Shown here: positions 19,152 to 31,959 of the stretch, one piece after another | How positions within the stretch are numbered: position 1 is the stretch's first letter | How the letters are laid out: the number at the start of each line of letters is the position of its first letter | Assembly (NCBI GenBank): GCA_965214705.1 | Contig: OZ243972.1 | Coordinates: forward strand, 2,432,001 to 2,496,000 | Origin: Alphaproteobacteria bacterium | Lineage (GTDB): Bacteria; Pseudomonadota; Alphaproteobacteria; UBA828 | Direction of reading: 5' to 3' | Length of the DNA stretch: 64,000 bases | Notes under the pieces: generated by a model | What the model saw: the letters and a program-made list of their open reading frames with translations, nothing else | The model's database searches: none | Told to the model about the DNA's origin: nothing | Made by a program: the position numbers and the translations under genes

Positions 19152-19796
19152 CTACTCGGCAGCTTCGGCCGCGACCGCGCCGGAGAGCGCGGCGATGGCT
19201 TCGGCGCTCGTGATGATGTCGGCGTACTTCTGGCCCATGTCGAAGAGGTTCGCCTCGTGGGGTCCGAGCGCCCGGTCGCCGACACAGTCGCTGATCACCA
19301 CCGGGCGGAAGCCGTGGCACATGGCGTCCAGCACGCTCGCGCGCACGCAGCCCGAGGTCGTGCAGCCCGCCACCATCACCGTGTCCACGCGCATCTTGGC
19401 GAAGGCCGGCGCGAGGTCGGTGCCGAAGAAGGCCGACGGCACGCGCTTGCGGATGACGATCTCGCCCGGCGCCGGCGCCAGAGCATCGACGATCTGGCTG
19501 TCTGGCGCGTCCTCGGTCAGCCCCGTGAGCGAGGGCACCTTCATGCACATGATGTTCGCGTCCGCCGCGTCGTCGGCGAAGATGACGCGGGTGTGCGCCA
19601 CCGGCACGCCGCGCTCGCGGCAGAAGGCGAGCAGCCCCACGGTCGCGTCGATCGCCTCCTGGATATTGCCGCCGCCGAACTTCGCCGGGTCGGTGAAGCC
19701 GTTGACGAAGTCGACGATGAGCAGCGCCGCCTTCTCGCCGAAGCCGAGCCGGTTGCCAAAATTCTGGGTCTTGTAGATGTCGATGTCCGAAGCCAT
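19152..19796 (-). CDS. nicF: Isochorismatase-family amidohydrolase, maleamate amidohydrolase (NicF)-like
   Basis: LLIVDFVNGF-x-DP-x-x-FGGGNI, K-x-x-PSAFFGT, TTSGCVRAS and DRALGPHEANLFDM closely recall Bordetella NicF (recognised from memory). Confidence 0.7.
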   Translation of the reverse strand: MASDIDIYKTQNFGNRLGFGEKAALLIVDFVNGFTDPAKFGGGNIQEAIDATVGLLAFCRERGVPVAHTRVIFADDAADANIMCMKVPSLTGLTEDAPDSQIVDALAPAPGEIVIRKRVPSAFFGTDLAPAFAKMRVDTVMVAGCTTSGCVRASVLDAMCHGFRPVVISDCVGDRALGPHEANLFDMGQKYADIITSAEAIAALSGAVAAEAAE

Positions 19797-19849
19797 GCCG
19801 CACCCCGCCTCCGTTAGCCGTTGGAGAACAGACGGAACCCCGCCATGTG

Positions 19850-20230
19850 TCAAGCGTCGCCGCCGTCGCTCTCGACCGTGACCGCGGCCAGCTTGCCGTT
19901 CTCCAGGTGGAACTCGGCGCGCCCGCTGGTCTCCCGCGCGTGCCCCTCGGCATCTTCGAGCCTGAGGGTGAAGCGGCAGGTGGAGCGCTGCCCGGCCTCG
20001 TCCACCTCGTGCTCCAGCAGCTCATGCCGGATCGAGGGATAGTCCGACAGCATCTGCGCGAGATACTGCTTGATCTCGCCGTCCCGCCCGCGGTGGCTCT
20101 GGCCGTCTACCGAGAGCACCGCGTCGTGGGCGAAGCAGTCGAGCACCGTGCCGAGGTGCCGGAAGTCGATATTGCTGTAGTAGCTGTGCTCGACCAGATT
20201 GACGATCTGGGCGCGCCTGAGCATCACCAC
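19850..20230 (-). CDS. SnoaL-like/NTF2 family protein
   Basis: About 125 aa with YY-x-x-ID, VLDCFAHDA and HRGRDGEI pattern; upstream of the NicF-like gene. Confidence 0.65.
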   Translation of the reverse strand: MVMLRRAQIVNLVEHSYYSNIDFRHLGTVLDCFAHDAVLSVDGQSHRGRDGEIKQYLAQMLSDYPSIRHELLEHEVDEAGQRSTCRFTLRLEDAEGHARETSGRAEFHLENGKLAAVTVESDGGDA

Positions 20231-20364
20231 CGGCGCCTCCTCTCACCCGCGGGCCCATCGTAGCCGGCACCATCGGCCGTCCGAAAGGCCGGCAGCCTCC
20301 GGACGATGGTTCTCTGGTCAATTCGGTGCGAAGGCCATAGTCTGATTCGAAAGGAGGCGGCGCC

Positions 20365-21156
20365 ATGCATGCATTCAACTATCGTCGTGCGACATCGGTG
20401 GAAGACGCGGTTGCCGCCTTCAATGGCGCGGACGACGGCGCCTATCTCTCGGGCGGCCACACGCTGCTGCCGACGATGAAGCAGCGCCTGGCGGCGCCCT
20501 CCGACCTGATCGACCTCGCGGGGCTGACGGCGCTCAACGGAATCACGGTGGACGGCGAGGCGGTCGAGGTCGGCGCGCTCACGCCCCATGCGGCCGTCGC
20601 GGCCTCCGCCGAGGTGCAGGGCGCGATCCCGGCGCTCGCCACGCTCGCCGGCAAGATCGGCGACCCGCAGGTGCGCAACAAGGGCACCATCGGCGGTTCC
20701 ATCGCCAACAACGACCCGGCCGCGGACTATCCGGCTGCGCTGGTCGGGCTCGCCGCCACTGTGGTGACCGAGCGCCGCACCATTGCGGCGGACGACTTCT
20801 TCACCGGGCTGTTCGAGACCGCCCTGGAGGAGGGCGAGCTCGTCACCGCGGTGCGCTTCCCCCGTCCCGTGAAGGCCGGTTACGCCAAGTTCCCGAACCC
20901 CGCGTCGCGCTACGCCATCGTCGGCGTCATGGCGGCGGAGACGGCGTCGGGCGTTCGCATCGCGGTGACCGGCGCCGGCCCCTGCGTCTTCCGCGCCTCC
21001 GCCATGGAGGCCGCGCTGAGCGGCGGGCTGGACCCCGAGGCGACGCTGCCGGCGCTCTCCGACGAAGGTCTCAACTCCGACATCCATGCGAGCGCCGAAT
21101 ACCGCGCGCATCTGGTGGGCGTCATGGCCCAGCGGGCGATGGCCGCAGCCGCTTAG
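20365..21156 (+). CDS. Xanthine dehydrogenase family FAD-binding subunit (CoxM/CutM-like)
   Basis: YLSGGHTLLPTMKQRL, IGDPQVRNKGTIGGSIANNDPAAD and DIHASAEYR motifs. Confidence 0.9.
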   Translation: MHAFNYRRATSVEDAVAAFNGADDGAYLSGGHTLLPTMKQRLAAPSDLIDLAGLTALNGITVDGEAVEVGALTPHAAVAASAEVQGAIPALATLAGKIGDPQVRNKGTIGGSIANNDPAADYPAALVGLAATVVTERRTIAADDFFTGLFETALEEGELVTAVRFPRPVKAGYAKFPNPASRYAIVGVMAAETASGVRIAVTGAGPCVFRASAMEAALSGGLDPEATLPALSDEGLNSDIHASAEYRAHLVGVMAQRAMAAAA

Positions 21157-21358
21157 CGGGGGGAGAGAACCGGCCGCAAAACACAAAACTACAAAACGAA
21201 CCCAATTTCACGTAACCACTTGATTCATAATAAATTACATACATTTCGCCAGTTCATAGCCCCGGTGCGGGCTCGTCACGACAAGTTGAAGCAAAGCGAT
21301 TGGCGCCGCACCCCGGCAGGCCCGACATTCCAACCGTCACAGGACGGAGGATTGCTCA

Positions 21359-22366
<1,008 letters not shown>

Positions 22367-22370
22367 GCCC

Positions 22371-22589
22371 AGCTTATTCGTTTCCCTCAGGCGCCGGGCG
22401 CGAACTTTTTCATTTCCCTCAACGGCGGGCGCTCGTTCCACTCGCTTGCCTACGCGCTACGCGCGCGGCGCATGTGCGCCGTCCGAGCCTGACTTTATCA
22501 TTTCCCTCAGTCGCCGGGCGCTCGCTCCGCTCGCTTGGCTACGCGCTTACGCGCGCGGCGCTGTCGCGCCGTCCGGGCCTGCGGCCCGG
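22371..22589. repeat. Degenerate tandem REP-like repeat: two ~88-bp units plus a partial unit, rich in mini-hairpins
   Basis: TTTCCCTCA recurs three times. Units starting 22404 and 22492 share CGGGCGCTCG-x-TCC-x-CTCGCTTG-x-CTACGCGC(T)TACGCGCGCGGCGC...GCGCCGTCCG. Confidence 0.75.
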
Positions 22590-22688
22590 TTCGCGTCAAC
22601 GGCAAACTCCTCGTTTGTTGCCGGCAGCATGAGAAACCGGACCATGGTGCGGTGCACAGGGAGGGGCGGCGCGGGGCAGCATCGCGGG

Positions 22689-23501
22689 ATGAGCCAGAAA
22701 ACATCCCGCGAGCGTATCCACACCATGCAGAACGAAACTCCCCGGAAATCCCCCGAGAGCACCCCCAAGAGCACAACGGCCGGGACGTTCGGCCGCTCCT
22801 CCATCAAGCGCCTGCCGTCCAAACTCCGCGAGGCCGTCAATCAGGCCATCGCGGACGGCGCCACCATCGACGAGATCACCGCCCGCATCCGGGCCGAAGG
22901 CGAGACATGCTCGCGCTCGGCCGTCGGCCGCTACGCCAAGAACGAGCGCGACCTGATCCGCCAGCAGCAGGAGACCGACCGCACCATCAAGGCGTGGGTG
23001 GACGCGCTGGGCGAACGGCCGGAGGGCCAGGCGGGACTCATCCTGATCGAGACCCTGCGGACCATGGCGCTCGCCACCATGGCTCGTCTCAGCGCGCGGG
23101 AAGAGCCCGTCTCGACGGAGGAGTTCGCCCGCCTCGCCCTCACCCTCAAGCGCATCGAAGGCACCGACAAGCTCCGCAAAGACCGGGAGCGGGCGGCGAA
23201 GAAGGCGGCGAACGACGCAGATCGCGCCAAGGGCCAGGGCGGGCTCTCGCCGGAGGTGGTCGCCATCATCCGCGCGGAGGTAGAGGGCAGGCCCCCGCCA
23301 CCCCCGCCTGCTCCCCGCACCGTCACATCGGTGCCGGTGGACCCGTGGAACCCCGCCGAAGCCCGCCTATACCCATCGATCCCAGCTGATCCCGGCGAGT
23401 CCCACTTGAGCCCGGATCATCGCTATGAATCCTGGACGGAAATCGCGCCGCGGGTGTTTCGCACCAGCCCCACATCGATCCTGTCCCTCGGGCCGGAGTG
23501 A
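22689..23501 (+). CDS. DUF3486 / phage Mu Gp27-like protein with proline-rich tail (start 22689 or 22725)
   Basis: RSSIKRLPSKLREAV...GATIDEI...SRSAVGRY N-terminal motif and GLSPEVVAIIRAE C-terminal motif of this family. Confidence 0.75.
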   Translation: MSQKTSRERIHTMQNETPRKSPESTPKSTTAGTFGRSSIKRLPSKLREAVNQAIADGATIDEITARIRAEGETCSRSAVGRYAKNERDLIRQQQETDRTIKAWVDALGERPEGQAGLILIETLRTMALATMARLSAREEPVSTEEFARLALTLKRIEGTDKLRKDRERAAKKAANDADRAKGQGGLSPEVVAIIRAEVEGRPPPPPPAPRTVTSVPVDPWNPAEARLYPSIPADPGESHLSPDHRYESWTEIAPRVFRTSPTSILSLGPE

Positions 23502-23507
23502 GGCGGG

Positions 23508-24293
23508 CTAGTACGCCGAGAGAAACGACTTCAGCGCGGCCGTGAACGCCGGCGCCCGCTCGATATTCGAGAGGTGAGCGGCGTCGAGTTCCAGATACTG
23601 AGAGCCGCCGATCCGCTCGTGCATCAGTCGCATGCCGGCCGGCGGCGTGCCGGGGTCCTGCGAGCCGGCAATCAGCAGAACGGGATGATCGATCGAGCCC
23701 AGCCGGTCGAGGTTCGCGAGCGATTGGATGGCGCGCGCGCAGCCCGTATAGCCCGCGACCGAGGTCGTGCGAATCATGTGCCGCACATCGTCGATGCGCG
23801 CGGCGCCGCTTGCCCGATAGCCCTCGGAGAACCAGCGCTCGATGGTCGACTCGACGACCGCCTCCATGCCCCCGTCGGCGACCGCGGCCACGCGCTGGTC
23901 GAAGGCGGCAATGAATGCTTCACCGCTGTGCGCAGAGGTGTTCGCCATGACCGTGGCCGTGACCCGATCCGCATGGTTGAGCAGGAGTTCCTGCACCGTC
24001 ATCCCGCCGATGGAGAGGCCCACGAAGTGGCTCTTGCCGATACCCAGGTGGTCCCAGAGGCCCACGACATCGCCCACCAGGTCGTCGAACGTGTACGGTC
24101 CCTCCACCGGCGCGGATTTGCCATGCCCGCGCTTGTCGTAGCGCAGGATGTGGAAGTCCTCGGCGAGCGCGGCCTCCTGCTCGTCCCACATGTGCAGGTT
24201 CGTTGCCAGCGAGTTGGAGAAGGTCAGCCAGGGTCCGCTCTCGTTCCCCGAAATCTCGTAGTTGATTGAGACGCCACGGATATCGGCAAGCAT
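23508..24293 (-). CDS. pcaD: 3-oxoadipate enol-lactonase-like alpha/beta hydrolase
   Basis: [27 protein letters not shown] nucleophile, and AAHLSNIE motifs. Confidence 0.75.
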   Translation of the reverse strand: MLADIRGVSINYEISGNESGPWLTFSNSLATNLHMWDEQEAALAEDFHILRYDKRGHGKSAPVEGPYTFDDLVGDVVGLWDHLGIGKSHFVGLSIGGMTVQELLLNHADRVTATVMANTSAHSGEAFIAAFDQRVAAVADGGMEAVVESTIERWFSEGYRASGAARIDDVRHMIRTTSVAGYTGCARAIQSLANLDRLGSIDHPVLLIAGSQDPGTPPAGMRLMHERIGGSQYLELDAAHLSNIERAPAFTAALKSFLSAY

Positions 24294-24452
24294 TCGCTCT
24301 CTCCCTGTCGGTCGGGCGCATGTCTTACCACGGTCATGGTGTGCGTGGCATCTCGGCAGCGCTTGACCGCCCCGGAGTTCGCTGCGAAAACCGCCGCACG
24401 GCGCGGCCGGATGCCGCCTGTCTCCGAAACATCATCATCGTCGGGGGAAACC

Positions 24453-25622
<1,170 letters not shown>

Positions 25623-25656
25623 GGGCGCGCCCGGCCGGCGCCCGTCCTGCCGTGCG

Positions 25657-26355
25657 ATGGAAGAGCGCCGCCGCCGCGTCTACGGGCGGAGGCTAAGCCA
25701 CCGTCTTCGCCCCGGCCGTCAGGCACTGCTTGAGCGTGCCCTGCCGGCGCTCAGGATCGACCTTCCAGAGGACTCGCGGGCTCGGATCGACCTGAGCGGG
25801 CTGTTTCCGTCGCCGGTCCGTGACCTTTGGCTCGAGATCGGCTTCGGCGCGGGCGAGCATCTCGCCCATCAGGTCCGCGCCAATCTGGCCGTGTGCTTCA
25901 TCGGCTGCGAGCCCTTCGTCCAGGGCGTCGCCGGTCTCCTGCGGCATCTGGAGGCGGACGGCACGGCAGACAGGGTCCGCATCTTCCCCGACGATGCGCG
26001 GCTCCTGCTCGATCGCCTGCCCGATGCCAGCATCGGCCGGCTGTTCGTGCTGTTTTCCGACCCCTGGCCCAAGAAGCGCCACCACAAGCGGCGCCTGATC
26101 GATGCCGAGACGCTCTCCGCCTTCGCGCGCATCCTGAAGGACGGCGCCGAGTTCCGTTGGGCGTCCGACGATGGCGGCTATGTGGAGTGGACGCTGGAGC
26201 ATGTCGCCCGGAACGAGGCGTTTGCCCTAAGCGATCGAATTTCCGGCGATTGGCCGGCGCGGCCGGTCGACTGGCCGGAGACGCGCTATGAGCAGAAGGC
26301 CCGCGCCCAAGGACGCACGCCTGTCTTCCTCCGCTACGTCCGCAGCTCGCGCTGA
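25657..26355 (+). CDS. trmB: tRNA (guanine-N7)-methyltransferase
   Basis: LEIGFGAGEHL and DPWPKKRHHKRR motifs; position between metK and rimP. Confidence 0.93.
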   Translation: MEERRRRVYGRRLSHRLRPGRQALLERALPALRIDLPEDSRARIDLSGLFPSPVRDLWLEIGFGAGEHLAHQVRANLAVCFIGCEPFVQGVAGLLRHLEADGTADRVRIFPDDARLLLDRLPDASIGRLFVLFSDPWPKKRHHKRRLIDAETLSAFARILKDGAEFRWASDDGGYVEWTLEHVARNEAFALSDRISGDWPARPVDWPETRYEQKARAQGRTPVFLRYVRSSR

Positions 26356-26508
26356 TGGCGGCTTACCGCAATTCGCAGGCGTTGATGAGGGCGCAGCGGG
26401 GAGAAACACCTTGAAGAGAATCCACAAAGCGCGATAGGTTAGCGGCGCTGCGCTCTTCGGGGGTGTGAGGAGCGCGGCAAAGAGCGTGCCCAGGGTTTGA
26501 GTGATTGT

Positions 26509-26535
26509 GGTGGGCAGTGGTGGCCCGCCTTTTTT
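26509..26535 (+). terminator. rimP-leader type attenuator/terminator hairpin
   Basis: GGTGGGC-AGTGGTG-GCCCGCC stem followed by T6, 12 nt upstream of rimP; matches the known position of the rimP leader. Confidence 0.75.
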
Positions 26536-26547
26536 CTGTTCTGCGGT

Positions 26548-27057
26548 ATGACGAAGACGCGAGACGTGGACTCGGAACGGCAGATCGAACATGCGATTGC
26601 ACCGGTGCTGGCGGCGATGGGCTATGAGGTCGTTCGAATCCGCCTCGGCGGGGGCAGGCAGACGGTGCTCCAGGTGATGATCGAGCGGGCCGACCGCGTG
26701 CCGCTGACCGTGGACGACTGCGCCGCGGCCAGCCGCGCCCTCTCCGCGCAATTCGAGAACGACAACCTGCCGGCGACCGACTACGCGCTGGAGGTGAGCT
26801 CGCCGGGGATCGACCGGCCACTGGTGCGGCTCGCCGACTTCGCCCGCTTCGCCGGATTCGAGGCCAAGGTGGAGATGAGCGAGCCGCTGGAGGGTCGCCG
26901 CCGCTTTCGCGGTCGGCTGCAGGGCGCCGGCGATGGGTGCGTTCGCATGACCGTGGACGATCAGAACGTCTCACTGCCATTCGACGGGATTCGCGCGGCC
27001 AAGCTCGTGTTGACCGACGAGCTGATCACGGCCAGCCAAGCGGCGGAGCGGGTGTGA
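26548..27057 (+). CDS. rimP: Ribosome maturation factor RimP
   Basis: TVDDCAAASR and YALEVSSPGIDRPL motifs; upstream of nusA. Confidence 0.95.
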   Translation: MTKTRDVDSERQIEHAIAPVLAAMGYEVVRIRLGGGRQTVLQVMIERADRVPLTVDDCAAASRALSAQFENDNLPATDYALEVSSPGIDRPLVRLADFARFAGFEAKVEMSEPLEGRRRFRGRLQGAGDGCVRMTVDDQNVSLPFDGIRAAKLVLTDELITASQAAERV

Positions 27058-28670
27058 TGGCGGACGGCGACACTGCGGGCCTCGCCCGCCTCGAGCTTCT
27101 CCAAGTGGCCGATGCCGTGGCCAGGGAGAAGGGCATCGAGCGCGAGCTCGTGCTGGAGGCCATGGAGCAGGCCATCACCCACGCGGGCAAGCGGAAGTAC
27201 GGCCAGGAGCACGACATCCGCACCGACATCGACCGCGATACCGGCGAAATCAAGCTGATGCGCTATCTTGAAGTGGCCGAGGAGATCGAGAACGAGGCCA
27301 CCCAGATTGCACTGAGCGAGGCGCAGGAGCGCAACCCGGCCGCGCAGGTGGGCGACTATCTGGCGGACCCGCTGCCGCCCATCGACTTCGGCCGCATTGC
27401 GGCGCAGACGGCGAAGCAGGTGATCGTCCAGAAGGTGCGCGAGGCCGAACGCGCGCGTCAGTACGAGGAATACAAGGACCGCGTGCAGGAGATCGCCAAC
27501 GGCCTCGTCAAGCGCACCGAGTACGGCGGGCTCACCGTCGATCTCGGGCGGGCCGAGGCCGTGATCCGGCGGGAGGACCTGCTGCCGCGCGAATCCTTCC
27601 GCAACGGCGACCGGGTGCGCGCCTACATCTACGACGTCCGCCGCGAGCCGCGCGGGCCGCAGATCTTCATGTCCCGCACGCACCCCAACTTCATGGCCAA
27701 GCTCTTCGCCCAGGAGGTGCCGGAGATTTACGACGGCATCATCGAGATCGATGCCGTGGCCCGCGACCCCGGCAGCCGCGCGAAGATCGCCGTGCACTCC
27801 AACGACAGCAGCATCGATCCCGTTGGCGCGTGCGTCGGCATGCGCGGCTCCCGCGTGCAGGCCGTGGTTGGCGAGCTGCAGGGCGAGAAGATCGACATCA
27901 TCCAGTGGTCGCCCGATCCCGCCGCCTTCATCGTCAACGCGCTGGCGCCGGCCGAGGTCACCAAGGTGGTGCTCGACGAGGAGGCGAAGCGCATCGAGGT
28001 GGTCGTGCCGGACGAGCAGCTTTCGCTCGCCATCGGCCGGCGCGGGCAGAACGTGCGGCTCGCGTCCAACCTCACGGGCTGGGACATCGATATTCTGACC
28101 GAGGCCGAGGAATCGGAACGCCGCCAGGAGGAGTTCCGCACGCGCTCCGAGATGTTCATGGAAGCCCTCGACGTCGACGACGTGATCGCCCATCTGCTCG
28201 TGACGGAAGGGTTCTCTACCGTGGAGGAGGTGGCCTACGTCCCGATCGAGGAGCTCGCCATGATCGAGGGCTTCGAGGAGGAGCTGGCGGCCGAGCTTTC
28301 GAGCCGCGCCGCGGCCTACGTCGAGGCGATGAACAAGGAGCTCAACGAGCGCCGGATCGAGCTCGGCGTCAGCGACGAGATCGCGGCCATCGACGGCCTG
28401 GACCCGGCAATTCTCGTCGCCCTTGGCGAGAACGAGGTCAAGACGCTCGACGATCTCGGCGATCTCGCGGGCGACGAGCTCATCGAGATATTGGGCGACT
28501 TGGCACCGTCGATCGAGGAGGCCAACGCCGTCATCATGATGGCGCGGGCTCACTGGTTCGACGACGAAGAACCGATGGATGGTGCGGAGGCCGGTGAAGC
28601 CGACGAGGCGGCAGAGGCCGGCGACGTCTCCGAGACCGTCGCCGAGGAGCACGAGAGACCGAACGTTTGA
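27057..28670 (+). CDS. nusA: Transcription termination/antitermination factor NusA
   Basis: [34 protein letters not shown] and [15 protein letters not shown] motifs. Confidence 0.97.
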   Translation: MADGDTAGLARLELLQVADAVAREKGIERELVLEAMEQAITHAGKRKYGQEHDIRTDIDRDTGEIKLMRYLEVAEEIENEATQIALSEAQERNPAAQVGDYLADPLPPIDFGRIAAQTAKQVIVQKVREAERARQYEEYKDRVQEIANGLVKRTEYGGLTVDLGRAEAVIRREDLLPRESFRNGDRVRAYIYDVRREPRGPQIFMSRTHPNFMAKLFAQEVPEIYDGIIEIDAVARDPGSRAKIAVHSNDSSIDPVGACVGMRGSRVQAVVGELQGEKIDIIQWSPDPAAFIVNALAPAEVTKVVLDEEAKRIEVVVPDEQLSLAIGRRGQNVRLASNLTGWDIDILTEAEESERRQEEFRTRSEMFMEALDVDDVIAHLLVTEGFSTVEEVAYVPIEELAMIEGFEEELAAELSSRAAAYVEAMNKELNERRIELGVSDEIAAIDGLDPAILVALGENEVKTLDDLGDLAGDELIEILGDLAPSIEEANAVIMMARAHWFDDEEPMDGAEAGEADEAAEAGDVSETVAEEHERPNV

Positions 28671-29293
28671 CCGCATCGGCACACATGAAAGACCGCCCGG
28701 CCTCGCCGGATGCCGGCTCCCGGCGCTGCATCGCGAGTGGCGCCAGCAAACCCCGCGACGCTCTTCTGCGCTTCGTGGTCGATCCGGCTGGCGCGTTGGT
28801 GCCGGACCTGGGCGAATCGTTGCCGGGCCGGGGGCTCTGGGTCTCTGCCGAGCGTGCCGCGCTGGAAAAGGCCCGCGAGCGCGGCCTGTTCGCCCGCGCC
28901 GCGCGACGGCCGATCGCCGTGGCGCCCGATCTGATCGACGAGGTGGAGCGTCAGTTGACCGCAAGGGCGCTGGATATTCTCGGGCTGGCACGCCGCGCAG
29001 GCGCGCTGGTCACGGGCTTCGACAAGGTGCAGCGCGCGCTCACCGAGCGACGCGTGGCTGTCCTCGTGGAAGCGAGCGACGGCGCGCGGCACGGCCGGGC
29101 GCGCCTCGGTGCGCTGGCGCGGGACATTCCCGTGATCGCGCAATTCGATGGCGCCGCGTTGAGCCGCAGCCTGGGGCGTGAGAATGTAGTGCACGCCGCG
29201 CTGGCACCTGGCCGCCTTGCCGATCGTTTCCTTCGGGAATCCGCTCGGCTTGCCGGTGTGCGCGGAATTTCCGGCGATCGGGACATGGCGTGA
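28667..29293 (+). CDS. YlxR (DUF448) RNA-binding protein fused to an L7Ae-like domain
   Basis: RRCIASG...LLRFV...PGRGLWV followed by [17 protein letters not shown]; between nusA and infB. Confidence 0.85.
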   Translation: MTASAHMKDRPASPDAGSRRCIASGASKPRDALLRFVVDPAGALVPDLGESLPGRGLWVSAERAALEKARERGLFARAARRPIAVAPDLIDEVERQLTARALDILGLARRAGALVTGFDKVQRALTERRVAVLVEASDGARHGRARLGALARDIPVIAQFDGAALSRSLGRENVVHAALAPGRLADRFLRESARLAGVRGISGDRDMA

Positions 29294-31938
29294 TGACTGA
29301 CGAAACCGAAGCCGGTGATCAAGAGCGGCGCAAGCCCCTGTCGCTGAAGCGTCCGGGGCGGCTCGAGCTCAAGAAGACGGTCGATGCCGGCCAGGTTCGG
29401 CAGAGCTTCTCGCACGGCCGCAGCCGGGCCGTCGCCGTCGAGGTTCGCAAGAAGCGAACGCTGAAGCGTGGCGCCGCTGCGGACGGTGTGGCGGCGCCCA
29501 AGGCAAGAGCGCCGGCGCCCAAGCAGCCGCCGCCCGAGCCGGTGGCCGAGGCAGCGCCGCCACCGCCTCAGGAGGAAGTGCAGCAGACCTCCACGGCGCC
29601 ACGCTCTCGCGTCGTCCTCCGCACGCTGACAACCGACGAAAAGGCCGCACGCGCACGGGCCGTCGAGGACGCGATCCGCGCCGAGCGTCAGGAGCGGGAG
29701 CGGGCGGAGGAAGAGGCCCGCCGCCGCGCTGCGGATGAAGAGCGTCTCGCTGCCGAGCGCGCGGAGGCCGAACGGCGGAAGAGCGAGGAAGACGCCCGCC
29801 GCAAGGCCGAAGAAGATGCGCGCAAGCGGGCGGAAGAGGATGCCGCGCGCCGGCTTCCACAGCCCGAGGAACCCAAGCCGGAAGATGCCGCGGCTCCCGA
29901 AGCCGCGCCGGCAGCGCGGCCCGCCCGACCTGGAGAGGCTCCGGCGGAAGAGGATCGCGGCAGGCCCCGCCGCCGCGGCGAGCAGCGCCGCCCCCCCACT
30001 CCTTCGCGGCGCGACCAGCCGCGCCGGCGCGGCGGCAAGATCACGCTTTCCGAGGCCCTCGACGGCACCGTCGGCGAGCAGCGCGGGCGCAGCCTCGCGT
30101 CGCTCCGCCGTCAGCGCGAGCGCGAAAAGCGCCTCGCGCGCGAGGCGATGCGCGCGGACGAACTCAAGCCGGTGGTGCGCGAGGTTATTCTTCCCGAGGC
30201 GATTACGGTGCAGGAGCTCGCCAACCGCATGGCCGTGCGCGGCGCCGAGGTTGTCAAGCGCCTGATGGAGATGGGCACGGTCGTCACCATCACCCAGTCG
30301 ATCGATGCCGACACGGCTCAGCTCGTGGTCGAGGAGTTCGGCCACAAGGTGAGGCGTGTCAGCGAGGCCGACGTCGAGATCGGGCTCAAAGGCGAGGACG
30401 ATGCCGACGAGGCCCTGATGGCCCGCTCGCCCGTGGTCACGGTCATGGGCCATGTCGATCACGGCAAGACCTCGCTGCTCGACGCCATCCGCTCCAGCGA
30501 CGTGGTGTCCGGCGAGGCGGGCGGGATCACCCAGCACATCGGTGCCTACCAGGTGGAGACGCCGAAAGGCTCCCGCATCACCTTCATCGACACGCCCGGC
30601 CACGCCGCCTTCACCGAAATGCGCGCACGGGGCGCAAGCGTGACCGATATCGTCGTTCTCGTGGTCGCGGCGGACGACGGCGTCATGCCGCAGACCGCCG
30701 AAGCGATCAATCATGCGCGCGCCGCAGGCGTGCCGATGCTGATCGCCATCAACAAGATCGACCGGCCCGACGCCGACCCCAACCGGGTGCGCCAGGACCT
30801 GCTCCAGCACGAGATCGTGACCGAGGAGATGGGCGGCGACGTGCTCGCGGTCGAGATTTCGGCAACCGAGAAGCAGAACCTCGACAAGCTCGAGGAGGCG
30901 ATCCTGCTGCAGGCGGAGCTGCTCGAGCTCAGCGCCAACCCGGACCGCGCCGCCGAGGGGATCGTGATCGAAGCCAAGGTCGATCGCGGGCGCGGTGCGG
31001 TGGCCACCGTGTTGGTTCAACGCGGCACGCTCAACGTCGGCGACATCGTGGTCGCCGGCGCGCAGTGGGGCCGGGTGCGGGCGATGTACGACGACCACGG
31101 CGCCGCGGCCAAGGCGGCGGGGCCTGCGGTGCCGGTCGAGATTCTCGGGCTCAGCGGCGTGCCCCTGGCGGGCGACGAGGTGGTGGTGGTCGAGAACGAG
31201 CGCCGTGCGCGGGAGGTCTCCGAGTTCCGCCAGGCGCGCGCCAGGGAGAAGGAGGTCGCGCGCGGCGCGCCGCTCAACCTGGAGCAGCTCTTCTCCGAAA
31301 TCCAGGAGAAGGAAGGCAAGAGCGAGCTTCCCCTGGTCATCAAGGCCGATGTCCAGGGCTCGGTCGAGGCGCTGGTCGGCGCGCTCGGCAGGCTCGGCAC
31401 GGAGGAAGTGGCCGTGCGCGTGCTGCATTCGGGCGTCGGCGGCATCACCGAATCGGACGTGACGCTTGCCGCAGCGTCGGATGCGACCATCGTCGGCTTC
31501 AACGTGCGTGCCAACGCGCAGGCGCGCGAGCTCGCCGCTCGGTGCGCCATCGAGCTCCGCTATCACGCCGTCATCTACGACGTGGTGGACGAGATCAGGG
31601 CCAATCTCGAAGGGATGCTGCGCCCGGAGGCGCGCGAGCGGACGATGGGCAGCGCCCAGATCCTCCAGGTGTTCGACGTGGGCCGCGTCGGCAAGGTAGC
31701 GGGCTGCCGCGTGACCAACGGCCTCGTGCGCCGGGGCGCGAAGGCGCGGCTGCTGCGCGACGATGTGGTCATCCACGACGGCGCGCTCAAGACGCTTCGG
31801 CGCTTCAAGGACGACGTGCGCGAGGTGAAGGAAGGCTACGAGTGCGGCATGTCGTTCGAGAACCACTCCGACTTGCGCGAGGGCGACGTCATCGAGCTCT
31901 ACGAGATCGAGGAGGTCGCGCGCACGCTCGAGACTTAG
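29293..31938 (+). CDS. infB: Translation initiation factor IF-2
   Basis: [30 protein letters not shown] and NKID GTPase motifs. Confidence 0.97.
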   Translation: MTDETEAGDQERRKPLSLKRPGRLELKKTVDAGQVRQSFSHGRSRAVAVEVRKKRTLKRGAAADGVAAPKARAPAPKQPPPEPVAEAAPPPPQEEVQQTSTAPRSRVVLRTLTTDEKAARARAVEDAIRAERQERERAEEEARRRAADEERLAAERAEAERRKSEEDARRKAEEDARKRAEEDAARRLPQPEEPKPEDAAAPEAAPAARPARPGEAPAEEDRGRPRRRGEQRRPPTPSRRDQPRRRGGKITLSEALDGTVGEQRGRSLASLRRQREREKRLAREAMRADELKPVVREVILPEAITVQELANRMAVRGAEVVKRLMEMGTVVTITQSIDADTAQLVVEEFGHKVRRVSEADVEIGLKGEDDADEALMARSPVVTVMGHVDHGKTSLLDAIRSSDVVSGEAGGITQHIGAYQVETPKGSRITFIDTPGHAAFTEMRARGASVTDIVVLVVAADDGVMPQTAEAINHARAAGVPMLIAINKIDRPDADPNRVRQDLLQHEIVTEEMGGDVLAVEISATEKQNLDKLEEAILLQAELLELSANPDRAAEGIVIEAKVDRGRGAVATVLVQRGTLNVGDIVVAGAQWGRVRAMYDDHGAAAKAAGPAVPVEILGLSGVPLAGDEVVVVENERRAREVSEFRQARAREKEVARGAPLNLEQLFSEIQEKEGKSELPLVIKADVQGSVEALVGALGRLGTEEVAVRVLHSGVGGITESDVTLAAASDATIVGFNVRANAQARELAARCAIELRYHAVIYDVVDEIRANLEGMLRPEARERTMGSAQILQVFDVGRVGKVAGCRVTNGLVRRGAKARLLRDDVVIHDGALKTLRRFKDDVREVKEGYECGMSFENHSDLREGDVIELYEIEEVARTLET

Positions 31939-31959
31939 GGCGCGCCTGTCCAACGATCG

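Noticed and set aside
20231-20364. Moco riboswitch upstream of the CoxM-like gene
   Set aside because: GCCTCC and GAAAGGAG words are present, but their spacing and the remaining structure do not match; they are explained by the two divergent SD sequences.
22371-22589. Possible CRISPR array
   Set aside because: The units are similar along their whole length with no unique spacers, there are only 2-3 copies, and no cas genes are present.
24294-24452. SAM riboswitch upstream of metK
   Set aside because: I could not find SAM-II, SAM-V or SAM/SAH consensus elements by eye; an Infernal/Rfam scan would be decisive.
28667-29293. YlxR-L7Ae fusion as a novelty
   Set aside because: This is a common arrangement in alphaproteobacterial nusA-infB operons.
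29640-29850. Low-complexity E/A/R-rich repeat in infB
   Set aside because: This is the normal charged helical N-terminal region of IF-2.
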